This document shows, piece by piece, positions 43,002 to 51,834 of a stretch of 56,151 nucleotides of DNA. Each line of letters begins with the position of its first letter. Position 1 is the stretch's first letter. A program made the translations under genes and the position numbers. The stretch is from Candidatus Kaiserbacteria bacterium (GTDB lineage: Bacteria; Patescibacteriota; Minisyncoccia; Phycocordibacterales; UBA918), in contig JAYTKW010000008.1 of the NCBI GenBank assembly GCA_043729945.1, positions 1 through 56,151 of the forward strand, given 5' to 3'. The notes under the pieces were generated by a model. It saw nothing but the letters and a program-made list of their open reading frames with translations, had not been told where the DNA came from and ran no database searches.

Positions 43002-43115
43002 CTAGAAGATATTAAACGTGAAGTGGACCGCGTGATACATTACTTCAACGAAGAACGACCGCAATGGAATAAAAAAAAGATGACTCCGATTGAATACCGA
43101 AACCATCTTCTTTCA
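43002..43115 (+). pseudogene. 3'-terminal remnant of an IS3-family (DDE/rve) transposase
   Basis: LEDIKREVDRVIHYFNEERPQWNKKKMTPIEYRNHLLS matches the characteristic C-terminal I..YI.YYN..R....L...TP.EYR motif. A stop codon lies immediately upstream at 42999. Confidence 0.6.
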
Positions 43116-43271
43116 TTAGTTTGGGGTGTTTTTAACTGTACGGGATTTGAGGGAGAGATCATTGTGGTGTTTTTTAGTCTTCCTCAGGTTCTTCTTTCAT
43201 CATCGAGATAAATTTTGCTTCTTCCGAATGACCGACCTTCGATAAGTTGTGAGGACGACAGGGGGGAAGTT

Positions 43272-43280
43272 TGGTATACT
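43272..43280 (+). promoter_or_regulatory. Extended -10 TGgTATACT, 10 nt before ATG 43291
   Basis: Spacing pattern only. Confidence 0.4.
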
Positions 43281-43290
43281 GGTGGTATTT

Positions 43291-43506
43291 ATGGCTAAAA
43301 AATTATATCGGGAGGAGGATCAGGTGATGGTAGCCGGGGTGGTGGCGGGGCTGGCTAATTATTTTAAACAAGATCCGACGTTGTTTCGGGTATTCGCTGT
43401 AACATTTCTAATACTGACTGGTGTATTTCCGGGGTTGTTGTTGTATCTGGCTGCGTGGTTTGTGATGCCTAGGCGGCCGAAGGCTGATTATATTATTGTG
43501 GAATAG
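43291..43506 (+). CDS. PspC-domain membrane protein
   Basis: VAGVVAGLANYFKQDPTLFRVFAVTFLILTGVFPGLLLYLAAWFVMP. Confidence 0.85.
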   Translation: MAKKLYREEDQVMVAGVVAGLANYFKQDPTLFRVFAVTFLILTGVFPGLLLYLAAWFVMPRRPKADYIIVE

Positions 43507-43508
43507 GC

Positions 43509-44891
43509 ATGGTAGATCCTCGCCGAATTCGAGCTCGAAATGATCAGTTAGTACAGGTTGGTGCACCGGTGCTGTACTGGATGCAGCGTGATCAAAGGGT
43601 TCAGGATAACTGGGCACTGTTGTATGCGGCGCAGTGTGCTGCAAAAGCTAAGCAGCCACTACTGGTTGTATTTAACCTGGTCTCCCGATTTGGGGAGACG
43701 ACAGCCCGGCATTATGATTTTATGTTTCGTGGCCTCGAGGAAGTCGAAACAGAGTTACGTGCACTAGGGATCCTGTTTCATCTAATCACCGGTAACCCTA
43801 GGGATTCAATCCCTACGTTTGTGAGGCAGTACCAGATTGGGCACGTTGTGACGGATTTTAATCCCCTGCGGTTTACCGATGATTGGCGAACAGTGGTCGG
43901 GAATGGCCTCAAGGTGCGTCTGACCGAAGTCGACGCCCATAATGTTGTCCCGGCCTGGTGCGCTAGCCCTAAACTCGAATTTGCAGCCCACACGCTGCGG
44001 CCAAAGATCCACCGGCTACTCCCAGATTTTTTGACCCCCATACCCCGTCTAACTAGTTCACTCGTTTCTGGAAATATGCCAGCACCGATTGATTGGGAAT
44101 TACTGCGTACGAAGCAAGTAATTAATTATGCTGTCGAGCCTGTGACCTGGCTGAAACCAGGCAGTCAGGCGGGGTTGGGCCGACTAGGAGAATTTTGTCG
44201 CGCTGGGCTTGCAGACTACGCAACGGAGCGTAATGATCCGGTTTTAAATAATTTATCCCACCTCTCGCCATATCTGCATTTTGGACAAATTGGTGCGCAG
44301 CGGGTGGCTTTGTCTATTAGTGCTAGTCAGGCAAACCGAGAATCACGCGATGCCTATCTAGAGGAACTAATTGTCCGTCGCGAACTAGCTGATAATTATT
44401 GTCTCTATAATCCTGACTATGACAAAGTAACCGGGGCGCACGCCTGGGCCCAGTCTACGATAGGTGCACATGCAACCGACAAGCGAGATTATATGTACAC
44501 CATAGAGCAGTTCGAAACAGGGGAGACCCATGATGATTTGTGGAACGCCGCCCAACAGCAGATGGTGCAGACGGGTAAAATGCATGGCTTTATGCGCATG
44601 TACTGGGCCAAAAAAATCCTGGAGTGGACCCCTGACGCCCAGACAGCGATTGATACTGCTCTCTATCTAAATGACAAATACGAATTGGACGGGACAGACC
44701 CGAGCGGTATCACGGGGGTGATGTGGTCAATTTGTGGGGTGCATGATCGAGCCTGGACCGAACGTCCCGTGTTTGGAAAAATCCGCTACATGAACTATAA
44801 CGGTTGTAAACGAAAGTTTAATCTAGCGGAGTATGTTGATTTCTACCCATCTAATAGTAGCCAGGCTCTTTTTGATAGTGACCTAACTTAG
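43509..44891 (+). CDS. phr: Class II CPD deoxyribodipyrimidine photolyase
   Basis: N-terminal VLYWMQRDQRVQDNWALLYA, plus the C-terminal FAD-binding region WNAAQ..MV.TGKMHGFMRMYWAKKILEW. Confidence 0.92.
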   Translation: MVDPRRIRARNDQLVQVGAPVLYWMQRDQRVQDNWALLYAAQCAAKAKQPLLVVFNLVSRFGETTARHYDFMFRGLEEVETELRALGILFHLITGNPRDSIPTFVRQYQIGHVVTDFNPLRFTDDWRTVVGNGLKVRLTEVDAHNVVPAWCASPKLEFAAHTLRPKIHRLLPDFLTPIPRLTSSLVSGNMPAPIDWELLRTKQVINYAVEPVTWLKPGSQAGLGRLGEFCRAGLADYATERNDPVLNNLSHLSPYLHFGQIGAQRVALSISASQANRESRDAYLEELIVRRELADNYCLYNPDYDKVTGAHAWAQSTIGAHATDKRDYMYTIEQFETGETHDDLWNAAQQQMVQTGKMHGFMRMYWAKKILEWTPDAQTAIDTALYLNDKYELDGTDPSGITGVMWSICGVHDRAWTERPVFGKIRYMNYNGCKRKFNLAEYVDFYPSNSSQALFDSDLT

Positions 44892-44904
44892 TTACACACG
44901 CTGC

Positions 44905-46131
44905 CTACTTAGTATCGTGTAAAAAGAGCGTGAGGAAAATACCGATTGTCATACATAAAGCGAGCACGAGGAACGCTAATTTAAATGGTAAAAACAGCAG
45001 GGTAACACTCCCGAGTAGGGCTCCGAGGAGGGTCGCCAGTGACCGCATGAGGCGAAATAGGCTGATGAGTTCAGCGTCTTGGCCGTCGACTTTTTTAAAA
45101 AAGTAACTCTCGGTGGTGACCTCAACCAAACTCGCCCCTAGTCGACTAACAAACATTAACAACATCCACATCACAGTGACGGTGGTAGCGAGGGCGGTAA
45201 TTCCGGCACTCGTGATGGCTAAAATCAAAAAACCCACCGCCATCATTTCTTTTTCTCCCCAGTAATTATCGGCCATGATACCAATTGGGTATTCCCACAC
45301 CAAGTAGCTAAAGAGTCCGGCCGCAATAATATACCCAATAGCCGACCAACTGAGTCCTACGACTGTTTTTAAATACAGAGGAATATAAATCATTGACCAG
45401 GTAAAAAATATCTGGAGAATAAAATGGGTCATCATCACAATCCGGATATCAATCGTGCGCCAGGCACTTTTGATTAGCGTACTGCATTTGATAACGGTGT
45501 ATTCAGGATCATAAAAATGGCGAAAGACGCCGACGATTATCACCATAAACAGTAGTCCGAGAACAATAGCTACGGTGTACAGTTGTGCCAAATCGTTGCC
45601 TTCACCAACGAGATAACCCATAAGCAAGGGGGCAGCGAGCGCCGCACCACTCATCAGGGCAAGTGCGAGTCCGCGTTTATGTCCAGTACCGCCTTCACGT
45701 TTTCCAATTAATGTTTCGGAGAAAATATCTATATTGAGATGAATGAGGGGGTTCAGGGCTTGGAAAGCGACAAAACTGACGATGACGATAAATGCCGAGA
45801 GACCACTCCCCACAAACCACAAGGTAATAATTGAACCTAACATCAACACCAAGGTAACGAGGACGTTACCAAACTGGCGTAACAGTGCCGGTAGGGAGAG
45901 AAAAATAAAAATCGAAAATAATGACCCAACTGAATACAATAGTCCAATATAGCTCGGGTTAATAAACCCACCCATATAGGTCGAGCTTGAATAGGCTACC
46001 AAAAGCGTCTGGAACATAAAAACCACCGCAATTAAATAGGTATACCAAAATTTTATATTGTGCATCCGACTAATCTCCGGCCTCAAGTACTGACTCAAAT
46101 ACATACGTAGAGTAAGTGTACTAGATTTCAA
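44905..46131 (-). CDS. MFS-type transporter (12 TM)
   Basis: 408-aa hydrophobic ORF with a two-fold 6+6 helix layout. Confidence 0.75.
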   Translation of the reverse strand: MKSSTLTLRMYLSQYLRPEISRMHNIKFWYTYLIAVVFMFQTLLVAYSSSTYMGGFINPSYIGLLYSVGSLFSIFIFLSLPALLRQFGNVLVTLVLMLGSIITLWFVGSGLSAFIVIVSFVAFQALNPLIHLNIDIFSETLIGKREGGTGHKRGLALALMSGAALAAPLLMGYLVGEGNDLAQLYTVAIVLGLLFMVIIVGVFRHFYDPEYTVIKCSTLIKSAWRTIDIRIVMMTHFILQIFFTWSMIYIPLYLKTVVGLSWSAIGYIIAAGLFSYLVWEYPIGIMADNYWGEKEMMAVGFLILAITSAGITALATTVTVMWMLLMFVSRLGASLVEVTTESYFFKKVDGQDAELISLFRLMRSLATLLGALLGSVTLLFLPFKLAFLVLALCMTIGIFLTLFLHDTK

Positions 46132-46181
46132 GGTTCTAAATTATCCTATGATGTGGAGAAGAATGCGTAGAATACCGCCGG

Positions 46182-46424
46182 CTACACATTTGTAACCGGC
46201 GGCATCAACACATCAAGATTGTGGTAAACCAAAGTGCAATCAAGCCAGAATTGCTCAACACTGCCAGGATACCCAATCAGGGTAATATAACAATGATTGT
46301 GGGGAGATTCACGACCTGGTTCTTTTAGGTACATATAATCGCCCCTCGCATAGGTTTGATGACTAAAGAACGAAACGCCCCACCAATTTTCAAGATCATG
46401 ACACTCAGTAATTCCATAAGACAT
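46182..46424 (-). CDS. Hypothetical small protein
   Basis: 80-aa ORF with AGGAG 6 nt upstream of the ATG and a TATACT box further upstream. Confidence 0.55.
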   Translation of the reverse strand: MSYGITECHDLENWWGVSFFSHQTYARGDYMYLKEPGRESPHNHCYITLIGYPGSVEQFWLDCTLVYHNLDVLMPPVTNV

Positions 46425-46492
46425 CGTTTTCTCCTATGTTTTCATAGTATATGATTACTATAAAAAACATAAAAGTGCAAGCATCCCCAGCC

Positions 46493-46526
46493 AAAAACCC
46501 CAGAGCCGTAAGGCTGTGGGGTTTTT
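46493..46526 (-). terminator. Bidirectional intrinsic terminator downstream of rnj and element D
   Basis: AAAAACCCCAGAGCC-GTAA-GGCTGTGGGGTTTTT. Confidence 0.78.
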
Positions 46527-46592
46527 GGTTTTCGTTTCAACAAGTGATGAATCTGTTTTAGAAATGCGCTCGTTTTACTAGAGCCACGCCAA

Positions 46593-46710
46593 CTGCTGCA
46601 GAAAATCTGCTAGTACGAGGCGGCAAGGAGGAAATACGTGAGCCGTACTTTTGTACGGTAAACGTATTTCTGACGCGGACAACGAAGTAATCGCTGATTT
46701 TATGCAGCAG
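46593..46710 (-). repeat. Extended-hairpin 3'-UTR element, copy D (118 nt, minus strand)
   Basis: Read on the minus strand: outer stem CTGCTGCATAAAATC / GATTTTCTGCAGCAG, middle stem GAAATACGT / ACGTATTTC, and apical hairpin ACCGTAC-AAAA-GTACGGCTCAC. It starts 5 nt after the rnj stop codon. Confidence 0.8.
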
Positions 46711-46714
46711 TGTG

Positions 46715-48793
46715 TTATAAGCCGATAAGGACTGGGATGACCATTGGAGATTTCTGAGTCCGCTGCATCAAAAACTGACTCACAATATCTGTTAGTTCGT
46801 CTTTGACGTAATCGAGATCAAGCGGGTTCATTTTCTCGGTATATTTTTCAATAGTTTTCTTGATCAATACACGTGCTTCGGAGAGGAGTAATTGATTCTC
46901 ACGGAGGTAAATAAAACCGCGGGAAATGATGTCTGGTGATTTGCGTAATTTACCAGTTTTGGCGTTGACGGTTGCAATAATGACGAACATACCGTCTTGA
47001 GAGAGAGACATACGATCACGCAAAACGACTTCTTGGCGCGCACCAACGGTAAAGCCATCGACGACCACCATCTCTGTTGGAATCTTGGTCTTGTGGCGGA
47101 TGATTTCGGTACCGTTTTTAATATCGATGATAGTACCGTTATCTGGCACTACTACATTTTCCTTAGGGAAGCCGTTTTCAACCGCTGCAAACATGTGGCT
47201 CTTGAGGTGGTAGTGGTGGCCGTGGACGGGGATGAGGAATTTTGGTTTGATAGTTTGATGTACCCAGACCAGTTCACCCGCGTTACCATGTCCTGAGGCG
47301 TGGACGTGTGAACCTTGGAAGTTTACGACTTTGACGTTCCGTCGGTAAATATTGTCTTTGAGTTTCTGGACAGCAATTTCATTACCGGGAATAACCGATG
47401 ACGACAACACTATCGTATCCCGTTCGTTGAGGATAATTTGTTTGTGTTTATCCTGAGCCATCCGCATGAGGGCGGCGAACTCTTCACCCTGGGCCCCAGT
47501 AGAGAGGATGACAATTTGGTCTGCTGGGTAATTTGGGATGTCGCCGGCACTAATGAACGTTTGTGGTTTAGCGACCAGCATTTTAGCCTGGATAGCAATT
47601 TCAATAGCGACTTTGATACTCCGTCCTTCCATCACGACTTTTTTACCCAATGCTTCACAGACATTAATCACACCAATGAGGCGGTCAAATTGTGAGGCAA
47701 AGGTACCGATAATCATACGACCTTTGGTAGTGCGAATAATCTCTTCGAGGGTGAGGAACACTTTGGCTTCTGACACCGAGAAACCGCTGCGGTCAGCGTT
47801 GGTTGAATCACAAATTAGAACTAGGTTGTTGTGAGTACCAACTTCTTCCCAGGATTTTTTTTCTTCGACTACAACTTCGCCGTTTACGTTATTGAGTTTA
47901 ATGTCTCCGGTCACCACAACGTCACCGTGTTTAGTTTCGATGGCGAGACCCATAGCGTCAGGAATCGAGTGGGTGACAGGAAATGTCCGGATGCGGGTAC
48001 TGCCGACCGTAAAAGCCTCACCCTCTTTGACAACATGAATATCAACCGGCTCCATGTGCGGGAACTCTTCTTGACGTTTGAGAATCATCAGTGAGGTCAG
48101 GTATTGGGTGTAGATTGGTGGGTTACCGAGGCGCTCCATCACAAATGGGATACCACCGATGTGGTCGAGGTGGCCGTGGGTGACCACGAGTGCGCGGATT
48201 TTATCTTTGCGCTCTTCGAGGTACTGTGTATTTGGCAAAATGTACTGGATACCCGGCGCGTTGCTCTCTTCGGATACAAATTGGAAACCAGCATCGATAA
48301 CAATGATGTCAGCGGCTGTTTCAACGATAATCATGTTACGGCCAATTTCTTCTACACCAGATACCGGAATGATACGAACCGTGTCCAGGTCCGTGATGGT
48401 TGGCAATATCGGATTTTTCTCATCGGTGACGGTCATCCGGTGGGTGAGAGCGGGGCTCGTCATCGGCCGACGACCATTACCGCCGCCATTTCGTTTGCGA
48501 TTATTGTTACGTCCACCACGCTTGGCAGGTGCTGTGCCTGTGCCTGCGGACGCAGCAGCGCTGTCAGTTGGTCTCCTCGCGGGAGTGTGAGGTAATCTGC
48601 GGGCTGGTGCTTGGTGTAATCCGGCGCCAGTACGTGGCGCAGATGATTGGCCTGGTCGAGAGCCCTGGGGTCTACTACCACGATTAAAAGGGCGACGTTG
48701 TGGTCGAGCTTGATTGAGGTTGGTGGATGTTGTGGTCGGGACAGGATTTGCGGGTGCGGTGGGTTGGTGCGGCTGTGATTGTGGTGTGTTCAT
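46715..48793 (-). CDS. rnj: Ribonuclease J with about 130-aa Arg/Gly/Pro-rich disordered N-terminal extension
   Basis: The metallo-beta-lactamase motif VTHGHLDHIGG, a beta-CASP region and a conserved C-terminal domain. The N-terminus is rich in RGG/RRP/NNRKRNGGG. Confidence 0.95.
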   Translation of the reverse strand: MNTPQSQPHQPTAPANPVPTTTSTNLNQARPQRRPFNRGSRPQGSRPGQSSAPRTGAGLHQAPARRLPHTPARRPTDSAAASAGTGTAPAKRGGRNNNRKRNGGGNGRRPMTSPALTHRMTVTDEKNPILPTITDLDTVRIIPVSGVEEIGRNMIIVETAADIIVIDAGFQFVSEESNAPGIQYILPNTQYLEERKDKIRALVVTHGHLDHIGGIPFVMERLGNPPIYTQYLTSLMILKRQEEFPHMEPVDIHVVKEGEAFTVGSTRIRTFPVTHSIPDAMGLAIETKHGDVVVTGDIKLNNVNGEVVVEEKKSWEEVGTHNNLVLICDSTNADRSGFSVSEAKVFLTLEEIIRTTKGRMIIGTFASQFDRLIGVINVCEALGKKVVMEGRSIKVAIEIAIQAKMLVAKPQTFISAGDIPNYPADQIVILSTGAQGEEFAALMRMAQDKHKQIILNERDTIVLSSSVIPGNEIAVQKLKDNIYRRNVKVVNFQGSHVHASGHGNAGELVWVHQTIKPKFLIPVHGHHYHLKSHMFAAVENGFPKENVVVPDNGTIIDIKNGTEIIRHKTKIPTEMVVVDGFTVGARQEVVLRDRMSLSQDGMFVIIATVNAKTGKLRKSPDIISRGFIYLRENQLLLSEARVLIKKTIEKYTEKMNPLDLDYVKDELTDIVSQFLMQRTQKSPMVIPVLIGL

Positions 48794-48832
48794 AAATGTA
48801 GGTGTTACTGAGGGATAAATGTTAAAAATTAT

Positions 48833-50599
48833 TTATTGAAAGAGAGGCCAGAGTCGGTCAGTATTCATGTGCCACTGATTACTATTCATAAAGCGTTCTT
48901 GTGGTTTACTGATCCCGTCCATCGGGGTAACGCTCGCAGTACTGTCTAATACATACACAAAGTTTGGGACATAGAGGAATGAGGCAGGCACCTCACGAGT
49001 CAAGATACTAGCAACTTGAGTATTGGCATTTATCCTAGCGTCGGTTCCGGTGGCGGTGCGGGCTTTTTGGAGCAGGGTGTCGACTTCGATGTTGGCGTAG
49101 CCGGCGATGTTGAGTCCCGGATCAGTCCTTTGCGAAGAGTGCCAAAATGGATATAAATCCATAGCCCGACTCATATCAAGACCAAATAAAAGTCCTTCAA
49201 AATCGCGGGGCCGAATGACTGATTGTAACAGGTCGCTCTGCTCGAATTGTTCAATTTGCACTTCGACACCTAGTTCACGCCAGGTGCGGGCAATTATTTC
49301 TGTGGTCCGTTCAAACAGAGGCGTATTCGCTGTTCGTAGGGTGATCCGTAAGGTTTCTGTCTGGCCGTCGATCTTTTTTTCGTACCCACCGCTACTATTT
49401 TTGGTCCAGCCGGCTTTGGCTAGGATAGTACTGGCACGATCTAGAGTGCTAGTACTGGCGGTTTCGGTACTTTCATTCTGACTGGTTGATTCTACCTCAC
49501 GACTCGTTTCTGGTATAGGGGTAGAGATGGGGACGCCGAAACCATCAAGCGCCTGAGTCACAATATCAGCACGATCAAGAGCGGTACTCAGGGCCAATCG
49601 TACCGCAGTGTCACGCAGTACGGGTGATTTATTTTGGTTAAAGAACACTGCAAATACTCGAGGTAGTGGCTCTGTGATAACGGTGTAGGCACTGTTACTG
49701 TTGAGACCATTTACCGTACTGGCTGGTAAATAGGCGGTACTGGTAATTTCATGATTGGAAAATGCCGTGACAAGAGACTCTTCGTTTTTATAAAATTGTA
49801 ATACTAAGGTATCTAGTTGGACATCAGTATTTTTTGAAAACGCCGTGAGGCGGTAACTGTTGATTAGGCCGGCTTCGTCAGTAACTGTTTTGTAGACCAT
49901 AAATGGTCCAGCGCCAACGGGGTTGGTATTTAGTTTACTAAACGGCACTTGCTCGACCGGTACTGTACCCCACAGGTGTTTCGGGAGGATTCCCAAAGTA
50001 AAGTTTTCTGAAAACGGAGCGTACGGTTCAGTAAGAACGATGTTGAGCTCGTATTCGTTGATTTCCTCAATGGTCACATCTGTCCAATTACCGCGTAACG
50101 GGCTCTTGAGATCCGGGTTTTGAATCAAGCGAATGGTAAACGCGACGTCGCTTGCTGTCAGAGGCGTGTCGTCGTGGAAACGAAGGTTCTTACGCATAAT
50201 AACATTGTACGTTTTTCCATCATCTGAAACAGTGATGCTCTCAGCCAGGTCAGGCGCTAGGGCACCCTCAGGGTTGATTTTCATCAGTCCCGCGAAAATT
50301 AGCGCCGTGGCATCGAGGTCGGCCCTGGTTACCGCGAGAGTAGGATTAATAAAACGTGGTGTACCAACCAGGCCTTCAATCAAAGTCCCGCCCTGGGCTG
50401 GTACTTCCGCAGTGTGGTTGTTGTTCCATAAAATAAGGGCACTAAGGGTACTGCCGATTATCACAAAGAACGCAATCCGGAGAATAATCCGATCACTGGT
50501 TGGTCTGGCTTCGATTACATTCAGTAATCGTTCGACGAGACTGCGGTATCTACTTTTGGGGTGCGAAAAACGGAGTGACATAATGGGTGTGTTGACCAC
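48833..50599 (-). CDS. ABC-transporter family-5 solute-binding protein (peptide/nickel class), membrane anchored
   Basis: N-terminal TM segment. The TLIEGLVGTPRFINP start is typical of SBP_bac_5. 588 aa. No cognate permease or ATPase gene is present in the window. Confidence 0.88.
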   Translation of the reverse strand: MVNTPIMSLRFSHPKSRYRSLVERLLNVIEARPTSDRIILRIAFFVIIGSTLSALILWNNNHTAEVPAQGGTLIEGLVGTPRFINPTLAVTRADLDATALIFAGLMKINPEGALAPDLAESITVSDDGKTYNVIMRKNLRFHDDTPLTASDVAFTIRLIQNPDLKSPLRGNWTDVTIEEINEYELNIVLTEPYAPFSENFTLGILPKHLWGTVPVEQVPFSKLNTNPVGAGPFMVYKTVTDEAGLINSYRLTAFSKNTDVQLDTLVLQFYKNEESLVTAFSNHEITSTAYLPASTVNGLNSNSAYTVITEPLPRVFAVFFNQNKSPVLRDTAVRLALSTALDRADIVTQALDGFGVPISTPIPETSREVESTSQNESTETASTSTLDRASTILAKAGWTKNSSGGYEKKIDGQTETLRITLRTANTPLFERTTEIIARTWRELGVEVQIEQFEQSDLLQSVIRPRDFEGLLFGLDMSRAMDLYPFWHSSQRTDPGLNIAGYANIEVDTLLQKARTATGTDARINANTQVASILTREVPASFLYVPNFVYVLDSTASVTPMDGISKPQERFMNSNQWHMNTDRLWPLFQ

Positions 50600-50699
50600 A
50601 GTGCAAGCATAGTTAGATAGTGAGCACCGTCGGGTCTACCTTATTTACTGATAAACAGCTACCAGGGTACAGACTACTTTTCGGTCGAGAAATGGATAC

Positions 50700-50939
50700 T
50701 TACGCGAGGATATTAATCAAGGCTGAAGCTACGAACAAAACGGCGATTCCAATCGAAAACTTGAACAGGAAAAGCTCTGCGCCACGGCGTTTGTGAAAAG
50801 CTGAACTAAAGTTGTCACCACCAAAGGCGCCACCTAAACTTGATCCGCGCTGTTGTAGTAAAATAGCGGCAATCAGGAGAACGGCGAGCGTAATTTGGAT
50901 AAATGGTAGTGCTGGCTGCAGCAAGTGGATAATTTCCAT
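50700..50939 (-). CDS. secG: Preprotein translocase subunit SecG
   Basis: Two TM helices flank LLQQRGSSLGGAFGG. The start is set at the ATG at 50939. Confidence 0.85.
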   Translation of the reverse strand: MEIIHLLQPALPFIQITLAVLLIAAILLQQRGSSLGGAFGGDNFSSAFHKRRGAELFLFKFSIGIAVLFVASALINILA

Positions 50940-51027
50940 GTGACGGCAATGGTAGCACAACTATCGGTAAATTGCAAAATAAGGATACGGATATTCTGTG
51001 GAATGCATCTGCAGGGTCCGCCCTAAC

Positions 51028-51100
51028 GCCCACTACTATTTTACAGCCCGGTCCTCGCTCCAGGCATGGTCGCTGCGGGGGCTGTAAAATAGTAGTGGGC
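51028..51100. repeat. Perfect 22-bp inverted repeat with 29-nt GC-rich spacer
   Basis: GCCCACTACTATTTTACAGCCC (51028..51049) and GGGCTGTAAAATAGTAGTGGGC (51079..51100). The repeat overlaps the last 20 codons of the ORF 51041..51613. Confidence 0.9.
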
Positions 51101-51613
51101 TACGGGCTGCTGGATGTAACGTAAAAAGAAACCGCCCGAACCCACGTTGCGAGGCCGGGAGGGTCTCTTGTAGGTTCGGGCAGATTTCACACGACTTGGA
51201 TTTTTCTTTTTGTCGAGTAACAACCTATTCATATCTGCCCAGGCACGAGGTGGCTCAGCCTTGAAAAGCTCCTGGTATGAAAACATCGTATCGAACATCC
51301 CACGGTGGTCAGTGTGACCACGCCAAGCGAGATCTCGCGGATGCATAAACTTTCTAAAGTAACTTATGCAATCATTATAATACTGAACTCGGTCTGATTC
51401 ATGAACTCGTTGTACGGCCATGATTGAACCTGGTGCGACAACTCGTTTTTGCGGGAAGTTGAGTATTAGTCGCCAAAAACGCTTGTATTCTTCGACTAAT
51501 TCTGCCAGTAGATCCTGGCTAGCGTTATGGGCCGGATACCACTGTGCCAGTGTTATTTTGAGTCCAGACTCAGGCAGAATTGGCGGTCCATAGTGTGGAG
51601 TTGTTACATTCAC
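51041..51613 (-). CDS. Hypothetical protein (GRDP/DUF1399-like impression); C-terminus runs into the inverted repeat
   Basis: 190-aa ORF. The segment YKRFWRLIL..P...V.P...M..VQRVHESD...Y..DC loosely matches DUF1399. The family call is low confidence. Confidence 0.6.
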   Translation of the reverse strand: MNVTTPHYGPPILPESGLKITLAQWYPAHNASQDLLAELVEEYKRFWRLILNFPQKRVVAPGSIMAVQRVHESDRVQYYNDCISYFRKFMHPRDLAWRGHTDHRGMFDTMFSYQELFKAEPPRAWADMNRLLLDKKKNPSRVKSARTYKRPSRPRNVGSGGFFLRYIQQPVAHYYFTAPAATMPGARTGL

Positions 51614-51723
51614 GTGCGTTACCCCCGGTGCTGTTTCTATTTATAAATGTAGCCCAAATGTTGTCTTTAGACAAGTTGAGTTCTAGGTTTATCAAAATAA
51701 AATAATGTGGAGATGTTTGAACT

Positions 51724-51751
51724 TTGACTCTGACTTTTTCTGCCGTATAAT
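51724..51751 (+). promoter_or_regulatory. Sigma-70-type promoter of groES-groEL (TTGACT-16-TATAAT)
   Basis: The -35 box TTGACT is at 51724..51729 and the -10 box TATAAT is at 51746..51751. This leaves a leader of about 77 nt before groES. Confidence 0.6.
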
Positions 51752-51834
51752 AGCGACGCACGGCGGCGAAACTTTTTCGTTCGGGTTGTGTATATAAATA
51801 ATTATTCGCAACTGAAAATATAAAAAACAAAAAT

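Noticed and set aside
48104-48595. Plus-strand ORFs of 143-163 aa
   Set aside because: They are antisense to rnj, including its GC-rich low-complexity N-terminal extension.
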